Positions 50,230 to 64,000 of a stretch of DNA of 64,000 nt are shown here, piece after piece. Source of the DNA: the human T2T-CHM13v2.0 reference genome, Homo sapiens; NCBI RefSeq assembly GCF_009914755.1, contig NC_060937.1; one strand, given 5' to 3'. The notes below the pieces were generated by a model. It saw only the letters and a list, made by a program, of their open reading frames with translations. It did no database searches and had not been told where the DNA came from. A program made the position numbers and the translations under genes. Every line of letters starts with the position of its first letter. Position 1 is the stretch's first letter.

Positions 50230-50975
50230 AAAAAGACACAATGTTTATGAATAGAAAGATATTATATTGTGAATAAGTAATTTCTGCTCGTTAAATTATG
50301 GTTGAATGCAATCCTACTCAAAATCCTATCAGGTAATTTGAAAATTGACAAGCTAATTTAAAATTTTTTTGAAAATTTAAAAGGACAAGAAGAACCAAGA
50401 AAGTTCTGAAGAAGAACAGAGCTCAAGAATGTATACCGTCAGATGTTTCCAACTTTATTACAATTAAAATAAGATGGTATTAGCAGGACATACAAATAGA
50501 GAAACCAAAAACAAACTCGTACTTATACCATCACCTGATTTATGACAAAGGTGAAACTGCAGTGCAGTGAGAAAATAATAATCTTCTCAATAAATGGTGG
50601 TAGATAATTTGGATATCAAAATGGGGGAATAAAAGAATTTAGCCCTTATCTTACTTCACAAACAAAAGTCAATCGTAGGTGGGTTATAAAGCTCAATCTG
50701 AAACGTTAAAAATTCAAAAACAAAAGCTTCTGTAACATAGAAGAATACCTTTATGACAATGGGGTAGACAAAAATTTCTTAAGCAAGACTAAATAAGCAT
50801 TAACTACACAGAAATAGTCTGATAACTTGAACTACATTAAAATTAAGAAATTGGTATTAACGAATTCACCATTAAGAGAAAGAAAAGACAAGTTAAAGTG
50901 GGAGAAGATATCTGCAATGTTTATGTCCAATCAAAAATTTATGTCCAGAATATATAAAAAATCTCCTACAAATCT
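50230..50975 (+). mobile_element. Old L1M ORF2 fragment
   Basis: Degenerate ORF2 3' region (tgaatgcaatcct; ctgatttatgacaaagg). Confidence 0.65.
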
Positions 50976-51011
50976 TCATATATTCTGGATAAAAATTTTT
51001 GATTGGACATA

Positions 51012-53650
<2,639 letters not shown>

Positions 53651-54440
53651 TTATTAAAAGTCATTGAAATGTACACTTTAAAAACCACAAAAAGAGTTTA
53701 TTCTATCAGGATTCTGACTAGAGTGCTCTAGAGTATGACATAGGATAGGGAATGTCTTAATAAGCTTCAAAATTCTAGGAATAATGAAACTAGGAAACAA
53801 AGCTTTGAAAAATGCCAGGAATTCAACTGCCTCCCTGGCCTTTCCCTGCCAATCTATGTGCCCCAGCAGCCAACTTACATAGCACTGAGTGCAGACTTGT
53901 AAATAGACCTTCCAGTTCTGCTATAATCAATACCTTATTGTCCATAACTCAATTTGGAGAAGTTTTAGCTGTCTACCAACTCTTGTGGAGAGTTTCTGTG
54001 AAGTTTTGTTTTGGGTTGCAAGAATCTGGAAAACAGATGCAGATGTTTTTGAGGAAGATTTTGAAATTTCTACTTATAAGGTACCCAAAATGGGATCCAA
54101 ACTCTTGAATTTGGTTGATCTTCTGAAATACATACCTGTGTTTTAAGATTTGCTTGAGCAAACCTTTAACCATGGAAATTTTAACCAATGATTTCCAGGT
54201 TGAAACAATTCCAGTTTTGTCATTTAAATACCACAGATGAATCTGTTTTAGCACAGAGTACAAATATCTGTTTTCCTTTTGAGCATTTGGAATAGTGTGT
54301 TTTGGTAATAAAACATAGCTCTGCATATTAATGAAACATAGCTCTGCATATTTTGTGTGGGGAAAATTAGCATTCTGTGAACAAAGTCAATAATTTCTGG
54401 CCTTGCATTAGTTTCCCTACTATAATTAAAACTTAGTTTT

Positions 54441-54764
<324 letters not shown>

Positions 54765-55268
54765 TTAGTTTTGAAAGTATCTTAGCGTTAAATTTCCAAT
54801 GCTTCAATATTACAATTAAAACCTTGCTTTACTGCAAGCAGAAACATAATGCAGAAAAGAAAAAAGACCAACAGTCTCTAGATTGCTGGATTTATGTGGA
54901 TATGATGGGGTTGGTATTTAACGATTTCTCCCTTGAATCATAGCAAAGATGCTTTTGTGAAACATAGCTCTTTCATAAATATACTTTCCAACCATTCAGC
55001 ATTACCTATCTTTAGGTTTCTTTTGCTTTGTGTTTCCGCTCAGATATCATTTCTGGAAAAAAATTACAGTAACAAATTTATTGAGAGCTGGCATTGTGAA
55101 TGGTGCCTAGGACTTAATTCATAAAGAGAAGGTGAATTCTGCTGAAAGGTGCTTAATACACTGCCCCCCAAATCAAGAGAAACAGGCCATTCTGGGACAC
55201 ACATAGCCTGTCTCACACAGGGGTCAGGAAGCAGGGATATCAGGGAATTGGGACTATGTCTTTATGAT

Positions 55269-56852
55269 AGATATGGTTAGGCTTTGTATACCGCCATCTC
55301 ATCTTGAATTGTAATCCCCAGGTGTTAAGGGAGACACCTGGTGGGAAGTGATTGGATCATGGGGGGTGGTTTCCCCCATGCTGTTCTTGTGATACTGAGT
55401 AAATTCTCATGAATTCTGATGGTTTTATAAATGGTAGTTTTTTCTGCACACACACACATGTTCTTTCGCCTGCTGTCATGTAAGAAGGTCCAGTTTGCTT
55501 CTCCTTTGCCTTTTGCCATGATTGTAAGTTTCCTGAGGCCTCCCCAGCTATGAGTAACTGTGAGTCAATTTAACCTTTTTGCTTTATAAATTACCCAGTC
55601 TTGGGAAGATTTTTATTGCAGTGTGAGAATGGACTAATACAGTAAATTCATACTGGTAGAGTTGGGTACTGCTATAAAGATACCCAGCAATGTAAAAGCG
55701 ACTTTGGGTCTGGAGATGGAGATGAGAAACCTATTGGGAACTAGAGCAAAGGTCACTCTTGCTATGCTTAAGCAGAGACTGGCAGCATTTTCCCCCTGCC
55801 CTAAAGAGCTGTGGAACTTTGAATTTAGATGATCTGAAATTGAAACTTACATTTAAAAGCGAAGCAGAGCATAAAAGTTTGGAAAAATATGCAGCCTGAT
55901 AATGCTATAGAAAAGATAAACCCATTATTTGGGGAAAAATTCAAGCCAGCTGCAAAAATTTGCATAAGCGACAGGAAGCCTAATGTTAATCACCAAGACA
56001 ATGGGGAAAATGTCTCCAGGGCATGTCAGAGACCTTCACAGAAGCCTTTCCCATCACAGACCAGGAGGCCCAAGAGAAAAAAAATGGCTTTGTGTGCGGG
56101 GTCCAGGCCTTGCTGCTTTGTGCAGCCTTGGTACTTGGTGCCCTGTGTCCCAGCCACTACATCTGTGGCTAAAAGGGGTCAAGGTACAGTTCAGACCATT
56201 TCTTCTGTAAGTACAAGCCCCAAGCTTTGTTGGCTTCCATGTGGCATTGAGCCTGTGAGTGCACAGAAGTCAAGAATTGGGGTTTGGTAACCTCCACCTA
56301 GATTTCAGAAGATGTAAGGAAAAGCCTGGATATACAGGCAGAAGTTTGCTGCAGGGGTGGAGCCCTCATGGAGAACCTCTGTTAGGGCAGTGCAGAAAAG
56401 AAATGTGAGGTCAGAGCCTTCACACACAGTACCCAATGGGGCAGTGCCTAGTGGAGCTGTGAGAAGAGAGCCACTGTTCTCCAGATCCCAGAATGGTAGA
56501 TTAACCAACAGCTTGCACTGTACATCTGGAGAAGCTGCAGACATTCAATGCCAGCCCATTAAAGCAGCTTGGAATGGGGCTGTACCCTGCAAAGGCACAG
56601 GGGCAGAACTGCCCAAGGCCATGGGAGCCTACTTCTTGCACCAGTGTGACCTGAATGTGAGACACAGAGTCAAAGGAGATTATTTTGGAGCTTTAAAATT
56701 CAATGACTACCCTGCTGGATTCTGGACTTGCATGGGGCCTTTAGCCCTTTTGTTTTGTCCAGTTCTCCTATTTGGAATAGGAGAATCCTCATCCAATGCC
56801 TGTACCCTCATTGTATCTTAGAAGTAATTAACTTGCTTATGATTTTATAGGC
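55269..56852 (+). mobile_element. THE1 (MaLR) LTR plus internal region, 3' LTR missing
   Basis: gatatggtt...atctcatcttgaattgtaatcccc...ggactaataca LTR (~55269-55641), followed by THE1-int-like sequence. Confidence 0.85.
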
Positions 56853-58095
56853 CATGCTAATCAGCATTCAGTTCCAGATTCCAATTTATTCTCAGTGTGC
56901 CTGTATAAATTTTCTTTCCATATATATAGAATTAAATTTCTATTACTTATTTGAATGTTATAGAATACTGTTCATATATTTAAAATAAAACCACCAGGTA
57001 TAATGATTTCTGGCTTAGTATAAAAAATATTTTACCCAGTTAGTGTTATTTACACAGGTGGATGTGGCTCCACAACATTTAGACAAGAAGAATAAATTCA
57101 GCTGTCATATGTTGCCATGACTCAGCCTCTGAAGAAATTATGAAAAAATCCAAATTTCAGCAAAATTATATAGTTGTTTTCAGTACCTCTGAGGGTGGTA
57201 TATCAAGAATTCTCATGCTACTGTTTGAGAAAACAGATTCCGTTGTTACCTAGAAAATCAACTGCATGGCATTTTTATAACCTTACCCCATGTAAAAAAC
57301 ATATATTGAAATGTACTAATAAATGCAGACTACATTACTTGAAAAATGGTAATACAGAATGCCACTTTTAATATTTGAGGATATGAATTTTTGGTAGAAA
57401 TAATGTAAAATAAAGCTTCTGGTAAGCCTTGGGTAGTTAGATTTACATCAGTGTAAAGTAGGATGAAAATCTGTAAAAAATAAAAACAAAGAAACAAACA
57501 AAAACCTACACCAACAAAACCCTAACATCCACCAATGCATACATATTGATCTTTGTGCTGGGAAAATCTAAAGCAGAACATTTTGGTCAACTTGATAGTT
57601 ATTTATTTTGACTATATTGGCATGTTGCTAAAACTGCTTATATTTAATTTGAGTGAAACATGTCCACATTATTAAAAGGGTTGTTTTTTACTATGAATGA
57701 TGGATGTAAAGTCTTGATCCTCACCCAGATAAATATGGCAACACTTTCTTCTGCTTCTTTCGAACTGAGGCATTATGAAAGCTCAAATTTGAAGTGAGAG
57801 GGACTTAACATCAGAGCCTGAAAAACCAAGAGGAATGAGGTAGGATGGTCAGCTCTGAAGCTCAGGGTGGCCTAGGGAAACTCAATATAATGATGTCAAC
57901 TATGAAGCTTACTAGGTAAAACTACAAATAGGCTGATCTCATTTCACAGAGGTAAGCCCACACTCCCCTTTCCAAAAAAGTAAAAAACAAAACAAGCAAA
58001 TAAAACTAAAAATACAAACTTGAAAACACCATGGCTTAAATTTGGTGGGAAGAAGCCTGTGGGACAAAAAATAGTGGTGCCAAAAGAATTGAGCC

Positions 58096-58391
<296 letters not shown>

Positions 58392-58957
58392 GAATTGAGC
58401 CAGAATAAAATGTATTTAAGGGTTATTAATGGGAATGTTTCTAGCACATAAGTATTTGTTCCACTTCTTATTATATTGTATTAGTAATATCCTTTCATGT
58501 AATATCAGCTTCTCCAAGATAGGGATGTCAAAGACAAACTAAGACAAGTGCCTAATATGTCATAGGCATTTTGTTATCAAATTTAACAAACTTGAATGAT
58601 TATATAAATTTTACTGAATTGTGTTTTATGTATAAGCCTCACCTAAAGGCATTATCCAGTACATACAACCTTGAGTGTTTTCTGGGATTTTCTGTTGCCT
58701 GATTTCAAATCAACCTTATTGAAATTCTAGCAATTTCTCCAGTCCCAGATGTAAAAATAAAAAAGCAGAAATAAAGCCAAATTACCCCCAAAAGGATACG
58801 CATTATGCATATAGAACAAATGAACCCAAAACCACATAACGTAAACAACAAATCTACTGGTTCAAAATTCAGCCTAACTTCAACAGTACCAGGCAAAAAC
58901 CATTTGTAAAAATTACCAAAGTCAATATAGAAACCCTTAGTCTATTATGCCAATAAA

Positions 58958-60025
58958 TACGGGGGAACCTGCCCCAATAGTCAAGTAGGTTGTTTTCTAT
59001 TTTCCCTAAGTGTCCGCCAGTTTGAGAAATAAAGGGAGAGAGTACAAAAGATAGAAATTTTAAAGCTGGGCATCCAGGGGAGACATCACATGTCAGTAGG
59101 TTCCATGATGCCCCCCAAGACACAAAACCAGCAAGTTTTTATTAGGGACTTTCAAAAGGGGAGGGAGTGTACGAATAGGGTGTGGGTCACAAAGATCAAG
59201 TACTTCACAAGGTAATAGAATATCACAAGGCAAACGGAGACAGGGCAAGATCACAGGACCACAGGACCGGGGCAAAATTAAAATTGCTAATGTAGTTTCA
59301 GGCACCATTGTTATTGATAACATCTTATCAGGAGACAGGGTTTGAGAGCAACCGGTCTGACCAAAATTTATTAGGCAGGAATTTCCTCTTCCTAATAAGC
59401 CTGGGAGCACTACGGGAGACTGGGGTTTATTTCATCCCTACAGTTTTGACCACAGAAGATGGCCACACCCAAGGAGGCCATTTATAGGCCCACCCTCAGG
59501 GGTGCATTCTCTTTCTCAGGGATGTTCCTTGCTGAGAAAAAGAATTCAGTGATATTTCTCCCATTTGCTTTTGAAAGAAGAGAAATATGGCTCTGTTCCA
59601 CCCAGCTCACCAGTGGTCAGAATTTAAGGTTATCTCTCTTATTCCCTAAACAACTGCTGTTATCCTGTTCTTTTTTCAAGGTGCCCAGATTTCATATTGT
59701 TCAAACACACATGCTTTACAATCTGTGCAGTTAATGCAATTATCATAGGGTCCTGAGGTGGCATACATCCTCCTCAGCTGACAGTATTAAGAGATTAAAG
59801 TAAAGACAGGCATAGGAAATCACAAGGGTATTGATTGGGGAATTGATAAGTGTCCATGAAATCTTCACAATTTGTGTTTAGAGATTGCAGTAAAGACAGG
59901 CATAGGAAATTATAAAAGTATTAATTTGGGGAACAAATACATGTCCATGAAATCTTCACAATCCACATTCTTCTGCCATGGCTTCAGCCAGTCCCTCCGT
60001 TTGGGTACTGTGACATCCTGCAACA
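58958..60025 (-). mobile_element. MER11 (HERV-K11/HML-8) solo LTR
   Basis: Reverse strand begins tgttgcaggatgtc...ggagggactggctgaagccatggcagaag; 6-bp TSD AATAAA. Confidence 0.9.
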
Positions 60026-60224
60026 AATAAAAAATTACCGTTTAAAAAATACATTAAATATAACAGAACGTATACAATTACAATAAAATATTTTTAAATG
60101 ATAATCTTATTTTCAAATATTTACCATATTTAGACAAGACTTTTAATGAAAAATACTTATAGCTACAATGTATGAATTAAAATAGCCCTGGAAGAAATAG
60201 TAATTCTATACATAATAAAGATTA

Positions 60225-60594
<370 letters not shown>

Positions 60595-60855
60595 TTAAAA
60601 TTCTGCTTTTTCCACTGTGGACAATGTTGATGTAACAGTTAAATCTTGGTCTCAGAGTTGGTGGTTGGGAATAAATCAAGGCAAGCACTTTTATGCTTTG
60701 TTTTATATTCTTTATCACCAACATTTTCTTCTCTAATATGTCAGTATTTACATTTGGACCACAGCTGACTTTTACTGAAGTCTACTATAAAACATGGCTA
60801 AATTGAAAATTAATGTGATCATAAAATGATTTGTCATGAAAGCAGGTATATTTTT

Positions 60856-61657
<802 letters not shown>

Positions 61658-61967
61658 TGAATTTTTTGAAAATTTCTGACATATACTCAAGTAAATATCA
61701 AATGTATTGTTTTATTCAATTGTTTGGATTCAATTAAAAAATAATTTATATTCAAGTTTGTTGTTATATTTACTTTTGACCAAATTTGACTTTCCAAACA
61801 AGAAAAGCTAAAGCATTTTTTTCAAAGGTTCAAGGGACTTAAGCTTACTGGCATCAAATGTTCTGTAGTAAAACAAATAGGCAAATAAAACCTAATATTT
61901 TTATCAATAATAATTTAATAGTTTTATGTCTGAGAACTTAAGAATCAACGACATCAACTCCAGATGA

Positions 61968-62422
<455 letters not shown>

Positions 62423-63745
62423 CAACTTTACTCTTTATTCTCAACCTTACAACCATCAGATACTCCTGTACACAGAATAAGAAAAATCAACTATTTTTCC
62501 TTGAAGGCAATGTTTCATCTTTTATGTTATAATATCTGTTCCACATTGCTGTGAAAATGCTGTTGAAGTGCACCTTCCTTCCTTCACCAGAGATTGCCTG
62601 TGTGAATTTGAATAGATGGTCACTGGAGGGGACCAGCTTGGCACACTGGGTTGAATTGTCTCTTTGCTTTTCAGACAAAGTGGCTTTGAAAAGACTGAAA
62701 GTAAAGTGACTGCTGATTAAGCAGATGGCTTGCCATGTCAATAGGACAATTGTTTGAAAATCACATCGCAAGAACTACAACTATTAAAATGAGAAATGCA
62801 TGATGCAAATATTGCACAAAAAAATAGAATGAAAATGATGAATACAGCCAAAAAAGACAGCCAAACTCAATTTTAGCAATAAAGTAAGATATAATCTACT
62901 GTCAGGGGAAGGTAACTTGAAGTACTTGAGATGTTCTTTAATTTAAAAATCCAAAAATATTTTTAGCTTTAGTTATGATAAAACATGTTTAAGCATTTTC
63001 CATTTGAAATAAAATTTTAATTTCATGCTTTGTCAGTTTAGTTTCCCTAAATAAATAGAAAATAGTAAAATATCACATACTAAAAAAATCAACTTCTTTG
63101 GTAATAAATAAGTGCAACTGTCAGACCAAAACATAGTTACATTTTACCCAATGTCGTGCTGACCAATTCGATCAAACTCCACTTCCTTATAACTAAGAGA
63201 GATGCAAAGATGTAGACTTTATGTTGAGTGAGACAGGTAAGGATTACTAGGAGCTAGATAATTGTTTTACTAATCAAGGTCGATTTTCATTACTATTTTG
63301 TCTCTATGTTAATTAATGGCCTTGATTCAAGAAAATGTTTTTAAAAACTCATCTTTTCAGTCAGGCAAAATATTAACAAAAAGGCATAGAAATGAAGGCA
63401 TTTAACACAGTCATAGTTTACATTTTAAAATTAAAATACTTCTAGAAATAACAAAGAAAGAAAAAAGACACATATAAAAACAAATGAACTTAATTTTTGG
63501 TGCAAAGCACTCATTACTAAGCCTAACACAAATATTTTGGTGAAGGCTTTCTAACACTGACATTCTTCTCATGACATAAAAGAGCCACTAATTTTACTTT
63601 TGACATATATTTAGTTTTAATGTTAAAAGCTAAAAGGAGCCTATTATTTTATTTATAATTTGTGGTCTGCATGTACATCATCATCCATTGAGTCGACTAA
63701 AGTTTCTGGAAGTTTCAGAAACAGTAACATAAGAATACTTTTTTC

Positions 63746-63922
63746 GGCCATGCATGTTGTTGTCTCATGCCTGTAATCACAGCACTTTGGGAGGCCGAGG
63801 TGGGGGGATCACCTGAAGTCAGGCATTCGAGACCAGCCTGATGAACCTGGTGAAACCCCATCTCTACTAAAAATACAAAATTAGCTGGGCGTGGTGGCAC
63901 ATGCCTGTAACCCCAGCTACTC
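63746..63922 (+). mobile_element. Truncated Alu
   Basis: Ends mid right arm. Confidence 0.85.
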
Positions 63923-64000
63923 CTTTAATGACCACATGTGAAGTTTCTTTTGAACTAATTTTAACTACCTATTTTTATTGCTTTTTTGCTCCTATTAGAA

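Noticed and set aside
55889-56821. 133-aa and 154-aa ORFs
   Set aside because: Lie within THE1 internal sequence; typical MaLR ORF remnants.

Overview
Primate (human-like) segmental-duplication DNA, mostly interspersed repeats. The main gene-like feature is an unprocessed ANKRD30A/ANKRD30B-family pseudogene on the + strand (~16.8-46.0 kb), most similar to ANKRD30BL/ANKRD30BP copies. It has a CpG-rich promoter and nine recognisable exons. Lesions include ATG>GTG at the start, several frameshifts and two dead splice donors. An ~8.7 kb two-LTR LTR10/HERV-I-type provirus sits inside exon 7 and supplies an in-frame TAG, and an AluY sits inside a later exon. Other elements are solo LTRs (LTR5, MER61, MER11), a THE1, several L1s (two with twin-priming inversions), ~25 Alus, DNA transposon fossils and a U6 pseudogene. 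No intact full-length protein-coding gene and no clearly new biological system were seen. The most unusual signals are the retrovirus-made gene terminus, a MYB-motif VNTR promoter, and at least five locally templated inverted or fold-back insertions. Family and subfamily names come from recalled consensus and protein sequences, not from a database search.
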